Both the position numbers and the translations under genes were made by a program. Below are positions 1 through 9,155 of a stretch of 20,000 nucleotides of DNA, piece by piece. Origin of the DNA: Welwitschia mirabilis (lineage: Eukaryota); contig JBOZIK010000001.1 of NCBI GenBank assembly GCA_051453625.1, positions 37,009,286 through 37,029,285 on the forward strand. The letters are read 5' to 3'. The notes below the pieces were generated by a model. The model saw only the letters and a list, made by a program, of their open reading frames with translations. It was not told the origin of the DNA and did not search any database. How positions within the stretch are numbered: position 1 is the first letter of the stretch; every line of letters starts with the position of its first letter.

Positions 1-2
1 GA

Positions 3-428
3 AAAAACACAAGTAGAAATTGCTTTCTACTAGGTTCATGTTTAGTGGGATGGGAAAGCAAGAAACAAAACTCTATTTCTCTCTCTACTATAGAAGCTGA
101 ATATATTATAGCAAGTAGTTATTGTACTTACTTTTTATAGATGAAAAAAATGTTAAAAGATTTTGGTGTTAATTTTGAACAAGTTTCTATTTTCTATGAT
201 AACACAAGTGCTATTAATATATCAAAAAATCTGGTTTAGCACTCAAGAACGAAGCATATTGAGCTAAGACATCATTTCGTACGGGACCAAGTTTCAAGAG
301 GATACATCTCGATGAATTTTGTAAATTCAGACCAGTAATTAGCAGATATTTTTATTTAACCCCTAAATTTTAGTACTTTTCTTAATTTTAGAAATGAATT
401 AGGAGTTCTCTCACTATCCTATGGATGA
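3..428 (+). pseudogene. pol: Ty1/copia pol C-terminus (RNase H), Sirevirus/SIRE-like, with in-frame stops
   Basis: The frame from nt 3 reads KNTSRNCFLLGSCLVGWESKKQNSISLSTIEAEYIIASSYC..FL*MKKMLKDFG..IFYDNTSAINISKNLV*HSRTKHIELRHHFVRDQV..Q*LADIFI*PL..FRNELGV. This matches the copia RNase H motifs SKKQNSVALSTAEAEY, DNTSAI, HSRTKHIEIRHHF and QLADIFTKPL. There are four premature stops and a terminal TGA at 426-428. Confidence 0.95.
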
Positions 429-590
429 TTACAGGATGGTCGACCGAATGCTTTATTAGGTTGATTGGATGAGGTCATTTCGAGTAGTTTAAAATTTGGT
501 CACCCAAATACTCTAGGTTTTGTAGCTATCCCAGCAAAAGTACAAAATTAAAAATTTGTTATTTACTTTTGTTTTATCAATAAATGTTTG

Positions 591-1071
591 TTCTCTCCTT
601 TTTCATTGATGTTAAAATGGGAAGAATTAGTTGTTTATTTGTTGAATATTTGTAATGTTTACTTATGTTTAATGAAATACACTTATCTATTATGCACAAA
701 ATTGTGTTTCAATTAGTATCTCAAATCTTTTTATGTTGTTACAAATTATAAATGCTCAACATATTTCTATTTTGGCATCATACGCACTTAACTTAAAAAG
801 TTTAAAGTCTTCTAACATTGGAAATAAATTCTCATGTATGATATTTGGCTAAAATGTTAAATGAGTGGCATGATCACATTATGCTTATTATAAAGTTGTG
901 CTTTTTAAACTTTAAAATATACATATTAAATTATTCCATTTAAAGCACAAAATTTGATTGTTTCAAAAGGCGTATTATTTTACAATAGGCATTTTGTAAG
1001 GGGGAGCTTTTCTAAAGTTCTAATTTTTCACAACTAAGTATTTGTTTGTCCTCAATGTCAAAGGGGAAGAT
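591..1071 (+). promoter_or_regulatory. Multiple polypurine tract region (PPT-like copies at ~614-626 and 998-1006, terminal copy at 1060-1070)
   Basis: The sequences are AAAATGGGAAGAA, AAGGGGGAG and AAAGGGGAAGA-T-TGTT. The last lies directly before the TG that opens the LTR. Multiple PPTs are established for Sireviruses. Confidence 0.8.
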
Positions 1072-1231
1072 TGTTATATTATGTTTTGCCAATTGATGTT
1101 AAACTAATCTTTTCTGTATAGAAAATTTTTTGTATCTTATGTAGAAGATGTTAATTACTCACAGGTCAAAAGATGAAACCCAAACCATCATTTTTTGAGT
1201 ACTAAAAACTTGTTAGTTCTTTTATCCTCTT

Positions 1232-1638
1232 GAGGGGTCAACTAGATTTTTAAGGGGTCAACAACACCTGAAGTAGATAGAAAATGATCTGCATCTAGAG
1301 GTATGAACCAAACTTCTGATGGGGTCAACTGAACCTGTAACCTCAAAGACCAGTGTCCCTGAACTGAATGGCAAGGGGTCGACTGGACCTTTATGGGGTC
1401 GATCGGATTTGAGGACTTATTAAATAGTATCCCTGGACTAAATGACAAGGGGTTAATTAGACCTATGATGGTGTCGACCAGATCTATGAATAAAGGAATA
1501 GTACTCTTGAACTGATTGTCAAGGGCTCGACTAGACCTATGATGAGGTCGCCTAGACTTGAGCACTATGCAACTAATACGTTTGAGCTGATATTCATGGG
1601 GTCGACTTGACACCTGAAGGGGTCGACTAGACCTAATG
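1232..1638 (+). repeat. Degenerate tandem array of ~74-bp units, each with two GGGGTCGAC(T/C)-like palindromic motifs
   Basis: Units start at ~1232, 1297, 1373, 1447, 1521 and 1596. An example is AAGGGGTCGACTGGACCTTTATGGGGTCGATCGG. A further motif pair occurs at ~1789-1820, with its copy at ~2053-2085. Confidence 0.85.
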
Positions 1639-1827
1639 TTGGAAACTGGAAAGAATTTTATTAGGAGGAGCAGGCAACCAGATAATGTAGTCGATGATCA
1701 AACTGAGATCGACTCGACAGTGAACCATAAGAAATTGAAATGACCAAATTTCTCACTTGGGCGACCTGTGTAAGTCATGACAGCAGATGGGGTCGACCGA
1801 ATTTTTGAGGGGTCGACAAGACAGAAC

Positions 1828-1927
1828 NNNNNNNNNNNNNNNNNNNNNNNNNNNNNNNNNNNNNNNNNNNNNNNNNNNNNNNNNNNNNNNNNNNNNNNNN
1901 NNNNNNNNNNNNNNNNNNNNNNNNNNN
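1828..1927. other. Assembly gap (100 N); other gaps at 12659-12758, 13089-13098, 13836-13935, 14266-14365, 17334-17343 and 17926-18057
   Basis: Runs of N in the sequence. Confidence 0.99.
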
Positions 1928-2210
1928 GGAGGAGGAGGCAACCAGATAATGTAGTCGATGATCAAACTGAGATCGACTAGACAGTGAACCATAAGAAATT
2001 GGAATGACCAAATTTCTCACTTGGGCGACCTATGTAAGTCATGACACCAGATGGGGTCGACCAAATTTTTGAGGGGTCGACTAGACAGAACGGAAGTACA
2101 ATTTTTTAAACATTATATATCTGTTATGTAGCCATTAGATAGCTATTTTCTAGCTATCTATAGCCGTTGGAAGTGCATTTTAGATGTAATAAATTCTAAA
2201 ATCCTTCTAA

Positions 2211-2218
2211 TATAAAAA
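2211..2218 (+). promoter_or_regulatory. Putative LTR TATA box
   Basis: TATAAAAA lies downstream of the palindrome array and of a TAGCCGTTGG motif, the expected U3 position. Confidence 0.55.
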
Positions 2219-2468
2219 GCTAAGACATAGATAACTAAAGAATCTTGTGGAACTATTTTAATTTGGGTGAATATATTAGATTAATCTTTGTAATTGTGTG
2301 ACTTTCACTATTGTATCTTAGCAACTATACTTCTGACAGGAAAAAATCTACTATTAGAGCTTTATTTGTTTTACATCTACAGGAGAAGAGCTCCATCAAA
2401 TCTAATAAATCAAGAATGAGTAATACCTATGCTCTATTGGCATTATTCCATCACTACTTTGCTTTGTG

Positions 2469-2576
2469 AAAGGTTGAGACTAAGCCTTGAAAATTCTATT
2501 CAAAGGTTGAGACTAAGCCTTACAAAGGTCATTCAAAAGTTGAGACTAAGCCTGGAAAAGTCCGTTTGTAAAGGTT
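2469..2576 (+). repeat. 33-bp-period tandem repeat in LTR R/U5 (3 copies plus a partial) with conserved 20-mer AAAGGTTGAGACTAAGCCTT
   Basis: Copies at 2469-2488, 2502-2521 and 2535-2554 (2 mismatches), with a partial AAAGGTT at 2570. Confidence 0.9.
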
Positions 2577-2880
2577 ACAAGTGAATCCGGAATACTTAGT
2601 GGAGTAATAAAGATCCGAGGTCTAGCTTGGGGATAAGCTGATCTTTGATAGTGGAGTAGGGTATTTCCCAAACCACTATAAATCTGGCTTGCCTCTATTT
2701 GGTATTTTTGTGATTTTGGTTATTATTTCTTTACTCCTATTATTTTCCTATTTTATGCATATTTTAGATTAGTTAATTATTATATGAAAGTTTTATTTAA
2801 GATTGGATTTATTTAGAATATTATATTGCATCTTTTTAAAAGAACCTATTCACCCCTCCTCTAGGGTTCTTGATCTTGTT

Positions 2881-3180
2881 AGTTAATAACTCATTTGAAA
2901 CATAAGATATTAGTTAAAATCCAAATTAACTCTGTTACCTATTTTAACTCAGTACATTCTTTAATTTTTCAGACATCTTCACTTAAGACATCTTGAATTT
3001 CTAAGATGTCTTCAATAACTAGTTTTACAGTTTAGCATCAGATTCATTTCGTGAGATGTTGCCTTTGAAGATCTATCATGATCTTGTTTCTATCAAGGTT
3101 AGATTCACCTATAACAACCTATCTACACAAATACACAAAATGTTTGATAAGTAGAATTATCAAAACTAGATTTTCCAATA
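2881..3180 (-). mobile_element. Degenerate 5' fragment of another Sirevirus-like LTR
   Basis: The minus strand starts TATTGGAAAATCTAGTTTTGATAAT, resembling the TGTTGG..GTTTTGATGAT LTR start. It carries three decayed AAGACGTCTT palindromes at 2971, 2985 and 3003. Confidence 0.5.
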
Positions 3181-3319
3181 GGTTCCTACATATTTTTTTA
3201 TATAGGAGATAGGTTTAATATAATTTTAAATGGATCTAATATAATAACAACTAAAATTGATGTGGAGTAATATCTAGAAAATAATTTGAAAAGTTTCACT
3301 TTCACTTCAATGGGTTAAC

Positions 3320-3691
3320 CTGTTGAAACATCTGGTAGACCTAATTGATTATCATCACTTGACCTAGTTGACCCTTTTTTCCTCTGGTTGACTCAAGTGA
3401 CTCATGTCACTTGATCTAGTCAATTCTAGCTTATATTTGGTTGACTGCCTTTCCCTAAGTATGATCAACCCCTTATGAACTTTGGTTGATAGCCTTTGTC
3501 TATGTCCAATCATCCCCTTTTGAAATTTCATTAACCCCTCTTGAACTTTAACAATTTTTAGAAATAGAATCCTAAGAGAAACATTAATGTTCATTTGTCT
3601 TATAGGCTTTATCAACTTATAACTTAATCTACATATTTAATTTGTTGAAGATATGTTAGTTTGACATCAATTTAACAATCTTAACTTAACA
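3320..3691 (-). mobile_element. Older, CpG-decayed 5' fragment of an LTR related to the 1072 LTR, in opposite orientation
   Basis: The minus strand reads TGTTAAGTTAAGATTGTTAAATTGATGTCAAACTAA versus TGTTATATTATGTTTTGCCAATTGATGTTAAACTAA at 1072. It is followed by AAGGGGTTGATC, AGGGTCAAC and GAGTCAACC motifs, which are decayed GGGGTCGAC. Confidence 0.7.
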
Positions 3692-4460
3692 TTTTTATAT
3701 TTGAGATAAGGAGTCTAATTAGAATGTAGAGAGTGCTAGTTAAATAAATATGGAAAAAAGGGTAAAGGATAAGGGCTATGGTAGTTGAGTTGGATGAAGT
3801 TCTTTAAGGGGTTCTCAGGCCTAATGTAATCACCTATAATTTTATGTTGTATATAATTTGGAGTGTTGTACAAATTATCACTATTTCCATAAGTAAACTA
3901 GGATTTAGAAGGTGTTAGATGGATTATGCACTTAACTCATGATAAGTTTTTAAGAAAAAAATTACTATTTTAACTTTAAGATTTACATTTTTTTAATTTT
4001 TTAAATTTTTAGAGGGGTTTGTTATCCAAAAATTTTTATTGAGTCAAGAAAAAGATTTTGTTATTTTTATAGAGCATTTTGTGTAGAATAGTTGGCTGCA
4101 CTATTCAGACAAGGTAGCAACACTAGTTAGAACGAGAGTTCACATTACAGAAAAATTTTAGATCTTTGTAAACATCTCATAGCTCGAACAATATTTTAGG
4201 ATTGCAAAAAAATAGAAACAAAATAAAAACATGAGTAGACATGAAATCCATGCTTTAACAAAATTTGATTAAAAATTTTAAGCTTTTTATGTTTTTAAAT
4301 GGTCATCTCACATAAAACTAGAATTAAAAAAAGAACATAAAAAATTAAAGCATGTAAAGTTAATTAAAATTTTTAAGTTTTTAAATTTTCTCCTTAATCT
4401 ACCTACAACAAAATGCTATATCTATACAAAAATAAGTTAGAATTAAAAAATCTAAATAAA

Positions 4461-5003
4461 ACTAGTTCAGGTATTACTTGAAGAACTAGTACCAACCACT
4501 AGAAAGCACACAAAAGAAAGGAAAATTGGACCAATTCAGGTATTACTGGAAAGGAATAGTACCCACCACTAGAGAAGTAAAATCTAATTAAATAATTACG
4601 AGGAATAAAAAGTTTTGATCTTTCTGAGTAGCTACCACGCCAAGAAAACACTCAGAATGCTATTATTTCTTGATGCTGCAGAGGTACCATGCTTTTCACA
4701 AATGAAGGAAGATTACAAGTGAGGTTTTAAGGCCTTTTTATAAATAAGGTTAGGATTAAGGTAATTAAGAGAATTTAGCTTATAGTATTAGGTAGAATCT
4801 TCATTATTTAGCATTAGGTAGTTAAGATTCTATCTTATAGCATTTGGTGAAGGTTTTCTTATAGTGTTAGGTAGATAAGATTATGTCCTCTAAGATTAGG
4901 TAGAATCTTCATCATTAAGTATTAGGTGGAGGTTTTTTTTATAGCACTCAGTGGAGATCCTCATATAGTATTAGGTGGAATCTTCATCATGATGAATCCA
5001 ACA
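4461..5003 (-). mobile_element. LTR-like unit (solo LTR or fragment; left boundary uncertain)
   Basis: The minus strand starts TGTTGGA at 5003, followed by a tandem repeat block and then a TATA-like TATTTATAAAAAGG at ~4733-4746. No TSD or PBS was confirmed. Confidence 0.5.
4781..4990. repeat. Degenerate tandem array of ~8 units of 24-31 bp, core TAGYATTAGGTRG
   Basis: Units at ~4781, 4809, 4836, 4860, 4891, 4916, 4940 and 4964. ATTAGGTRGAATCTTCAT occurs three times. Confidence 0.8.
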
Positions 5004-5334
5004 TATGGTCTTTGAAGCCAGATTCTTCTACCAATTAGTGCTATTATCACATGTTTCTAGTTCCACCTCCAAATTCCTCTGTCGTATATCTTTTAGTTCT
5101 GCTACTATATGTTACCATCTTATTTCTTAATTTCCCTAGTTATTTTTATATAGAATTACGTCCATATTATACCATGTGTTCCAAAGCATGGCTAAAGACT
5201 TGTAATTATCATGAAGAAAATTATAATATTAAATATTATTTAAAAAATAATAAAAGACATATTTTATGATTAAAATTATTAAATTAATATATTCATTTAT
5301 ACGAAATTGGCATTAAACGTTTGATATGATTGTC

Positions 5335-7755
5335 AATTTTCACATGTAAATAGTGAGGGTAACATTCCTAGAGGAGTTTTATATGCTATCTCATAAGCTC
5401 ATAAGATACCATGTAGCTTATAGGACCAAACATTTATTATTGAACTCACCACATTTTACAATATTTTCTTGATTTCTATATTAGTAACTTTAACTTATCC
5501 ACTTGTAGAGATGATATGATATTGAAATTTTATAAGTGATTCTATGTTTGGTTAAGAGGTTTTTAAAGATTTTGTTGCAAAAATAATCAAACACCTAGGG
5601 TAACCAAACCTAGTCAAAATATTGGTCTTGAAAAAGTCTAATATAGTTTTAGCATCAGTATACTTACAAGAATAGGCTTTTATCCATTTAATAACATAAT
5701 CACCATATACTAAGATGTACTAATGTCCATTAGAAGGTGGGTAAGGTTATTAAAAATCAATGCCCTATATGTTAAAAGATTCCACAACTAATATAGGATT
5801 TAATGACATAATGCCACTTATACCAAGACTCCCAAGTTTTTGGTAATTTTTACATTATTTATACAAGAGATATAAATCCTTAAAGATAGTAGGCTAATAA
5901 AGTCCAAATTATAAGATATGGATTATAGTTTTATGAGAGGATAAGTGACCACCACATGTTACTGAATAACATGATCTAAGAATGTTTTAAATCTCATTTT
6001 GATATGAATCTTCAAATGGTTTGATTAAGATAGTATTTGAAAAGATAAGGGTCATCCCAAAAGAAGCACATCACATAACTCAAGAATTTATTTTTGTCAT
6101 TGGAAGTTTAATGAGAAGGCATAATTCCCAAAACAAGATATTTAGAAATATCAACATACAAAGGTGCTTTAGAAATAGAAAAAGATACTCATTAGGAAAT
6201 AAATCATCAATAGGAGCAATTTCTTTTAGGTTATCGTAATGAATTTAAGACAAGTAATTAGCAACTAAATTCTCAAAACCTTTCTTATCCTTAATTTCAA
6301 GGTCCAATTCTAGTACTAGAACACCTATTTGATAAGTCTTAACTTGGCATCATTTTTTGCAAAAAGGTATCTCACAACTAAATGATTTATGTAGATAATA
6401 ATCGTAGATCCTAGAAGACATTACCTAAATTTTTCTAAAACAAAGACAATGGTTAAAAGCTACTTCTCAATAATAGTGTATTTGCATTGGTTATCATTTA
6501 GGATTTTACTAACATAGTAGATAATTGTGGATTTCTTCTTCATTCCTTGTCTTAGAACAACACCAACTACATAATCATTGACACCACACACCAGTTCAAA
6601 AGGTAATGACCAATTGGATGGTTGGATAATAGGTGCTAAACTAAGTTTGCATTTGATTCAATTAAAAGATAGTTGACATTATTGAGTCCACTTAGAAGGA
6701 ACATCTTTTGTTAGAAGGTCACATAAATATTTGATAATTTTGCTAAAATTTTCAATGACCTTATATAGTATCTAGCATGTCTAAGAAAAGATATGACATA
6801 TTTAAACTTTTAATTAAAGAGACTTTTATAGGATTCACTTTAGTTCCATCCTTAAAAATGATGTAACCTAATATAATACCACTATTTACCATGAAGTAAC
6901 ATTTTTTCCAATTTAAGACTATATGTTTTTTAGTATGTCTAATGAGAACAAGCTCAAGATTTACAAGGTAATTCTTAAAGAAGGATCCACATATCAAAAC
7001 ATCATCCATAAAGATCTTGTCATAAGATTCTAAAAGATAAAAAAAAAATAAGCATACAATTTTTAAAGGTAGTAGGTGCATTGCAAACTCCAAAGGAGAT
7101 TTGTTTAGAGATAAAAGTTCCATAAGAATAAGTAAAAGTAGTTTTTCCTTAGTCTTTGAGGGGAATTTCTATCTAATTGTAACCTAAGTATCCATTCAAG
7201 AAATAATAAAAGGATTTGTTGACTAATTACTTAAATATTTAAATAGAAAATAGTAAATGAAAATTATATTTCTTAGTCACATCATTGAGTTTTCTATAGT
7301 CTATTCATATTTTTCATTTCATAGTAGGCCTTGTAGGGGTAAGTTTAAATACTAGTATAACTCTATCCTTTTTAGCTATGGTTTGAATTGGGCTCATCCA
7401 CTTGCTATGAGATATATAATAGATAACGCCATTATTTAAGAGTTTCATCACTTCAGTTTTCACAACTTCCTTTAATGTGGAGTTAACTATTTGCTAAGGT
7501 TGAATGCTTAGTTTGATTATCTTCAAGGTAGATATGGAATATGCAAATACTAGGGTAAGTATTCTTAATTTATAATAAAGTCCATCTAATGGCTTGCTTT
7601 TGTCTCTTCAAAAGTTTAAGCAAGGCATCCTCTTGGGTAGGAGATAAAACCAAGCTAATAATTATAGAATAATTCAAATATTTTATAAAGAAGGCATCAT
7701 TAAGATCATTGAGTAATGGTTTTACTTTAATAATAGGTTTATCCTCATAACTCAT
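5335..7755 (-). pseudogene. pol: Athila-like Ty3/gypsy pol relic: RT, RNase H, integrase (truncated after the core)
   Basis: Minus-strand motifs occur in gypsy order. RT: KPLLNDL..AF..AIRWT, KEVVKTEVMKLL..SKWMSP, IDYRKLN, GYLGYN*I, PFGVCNAP, IFMDD (7001-7015), LNWKKCYFMV. RNase H: APIIQPSNWSLPFELVC, YTIIEK*LL, LEIKDKKGFENLVANYL. Integrase: FWDDP, CGGHL, GLY*PTIFKD, *GIDF, YILVYGDYVIKW, AYKTPLGM. There are many stops and frameshifts. Confidence 0.95.
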
Positions 7756-9131
7756 AGTTGACTACAACTTACATGAGGGAAAAGGCCCAAGATCATTAAG
7801 GAAGAAAAGGTGATCTAAACTATATTAAGTAGGCTATTATTACTTTCTTCAATGATCCTATGTTCAAACTCCAAAAGTGTAGTGGACTATTCTTCTTCTT
7901 CTTAACTAATTATTTAATAATTTGGATAATAACTTAATTGAGTTATTACATAATTTATTCAAGTCTCTATACAGTATGAGAAGTTTATAAGTTAAATTAC
8001 TATTGAGACTCATTGATAAGGTATTGGGTTTTCATGAACTTATGAAGAATAGATTCTAAGAAATCTAAGGGAAAACATTAAGCTTTAAAAGGTAGAAAAA
8101 ATTTAAAATCACAACTATACAATTGATATTAAACATCATGTATAAAGATATACAAAACCTAAGGATCAAATGGAGCATGAATTCCATGGTCTAAGATGAA
8201 GGAGTAAGGACAATAATTTATGTTTGAGAGGTTTTAGTGGAGTTTGATTCATCTAAGATAAGAAAACAACTGAGAAAATGTATGGTTCTAGAACTACACA
8301 GTAAGTAAAAAGATTCAAGATGCCATAAATGTGAATTTTACAAAAGATGAAGATAGTCTAATATAAGAAGCCAGCGATGCTGATGAGGGAAAAGGGTGGC
8401 ACTGATAAGAGAGCATAAAAGCATTTTAGCAAAAATGATAGAAAGAGTTTGAGGAAAAAAAATAATAGTTTGAGATATAGGGTTAGTTCAGCTAACTAAC
8501 AAAAATAGACTGAGTAAAGGATTTAGAAAGAAGTAATGCAACAATGAAAAATACAATGCAATGAAATGAAAGAAATGAAAATTACATAAATAAAAACTAT
8601 AAATACTAAACCACTTCCCTAAGATTTTATGCTAATTAAGTCCTTTTAAAATATATCTTCAAATACTTGATAAGGAAGTCACCTAGGTAGAAAAGAAACA
8701 AAAAGAGAGAAGAGATAGTAGAGAGAGAATATAGATAGAAGAATGATTTTTTTTTTTGTTTTATTTTTATTGTCTTTCCTTTAAAACCTATAAAAGATCA
8801 GCCTATACAAGAAAATTTAATATACTATCTAGATAATCTTTTGCAAGAAAAGAAAGAAAAGAAAATAAGCAAAAATAAAAATTAAAATAGAATAAAGGAT
8901 AAAGTAAAAGAAATTAAAAAAACGTTAACATATGATTTCCATTAATCAAGTGTGAGGCATGATTAACATGAATCCACTAATGATAAAAATGAAAATGAAA
9001 AAGAAACTAGAAAATAGGGTAGTATTAAAAATTTAAAATAAAATAAAAAGAGAAAAAAGGAAAAAACTAAAATTAAAAGAGTACAAAAAAGTAAATTTTG
9101 TGCATGGCCTACTGAATCCACCATGTCACTA

Positions 9132-9153
9132 TCCCCATCAATAGTGATAAAAA
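9132..9153 (-). promoter_or_regulatory. Degenerate Athila-type primer binding site (tRNA-Asp type)
   Basis: The plus strand reads TCCCCATCAATAGTGATAAAAA versus the consensus TCCCCGGCAACGGCGCCAAAAA. It is adjacent to the inferred LTR end. Confidence 0.55.
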
Positions 9154-9155
9154 GC

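Larger units (their letters stand above)
1..2880 (+). mobile_element. 3' part of a Sirevirus-like Ty1/copia LTR retrotransposon (starts upstream of the window)
   Basis: RNase H relic, several AAGGGGGAG-like PPTs, a terminal CAAAGGGGAAGAT|TGTT junction and an LTR ending in the C-rich CCTATTCACCCCTCCTCTAG signal. These are all Sirevirus hallmarks. Confidence 0.88.
1072..2880 (+). repeat. 3' LTR of the Sirevirus-like element (contains a 100-N gap and a 164-bp duplication; right end approximate)
   Basis: It starts TGTT after the PPT and contains a palindrome-rich U3, a TATA-like box at 2211, GTGGAGTAGG...AACCACTATAAATC at ~2652-2684 and CCTATTCACCCCTCCTCTAG at ~2845-2864. The terminal CA is not clearly preserved. 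Confidence 0.85.

Noticed and set aside
1242..1613. 123-aa minus-strand ORF as an antisense gene
   Set aside because: It coincides with the LTR palindrome array, its sequence reflects the repeats (VDP, SRP), and it has no recognisable domain.
1753..2020. ORFs spanning the N gap (also 14093-14437 and 17794-18153)
   Set aside because: They reach the length cut-off only because N runs contain no stop codons and the flanks are duplicated.
2469..2576. CRISPR array
   Set aside because: The spacers are only 13 bp and similar to each other, there are only 3 repeats, there are no cas genes, and the array lies within a plant retrotransposon LTR.
3364..3615. 83-aa ORF
   Set aside because: It lies in a decayed LTR fragment and has no protein-like motif.
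5051..5269. 72-aa hydrophobic ORF as a small membrane protein
   Set aside because: The hydrophobicity is explained by T-rich composition, and nothing else supports it.
6021..6239. 72-aa + strand ORF
   Set aside because: It is an antisense shadow of the gypsy RNase H-integrase linker.
6761..7123. Stand-alone reverse transcriptase gene (retron or DGR-like system)
   Set aside because: It is a stop-free stretch of a decayed Athila RT (FMDD), collinear with RNase H and integrase relics. The same applies to the ORFs at 7570-7755 (pre-RT linker) and 18194-18403 (gag).
8690..9095. Purine/A-rich low-complexity tract as a distinct repeat or regulatory element
   Set aside because: It is typical of the T-rich 5' leader of a minus-strand Athila element and has no defined unit.
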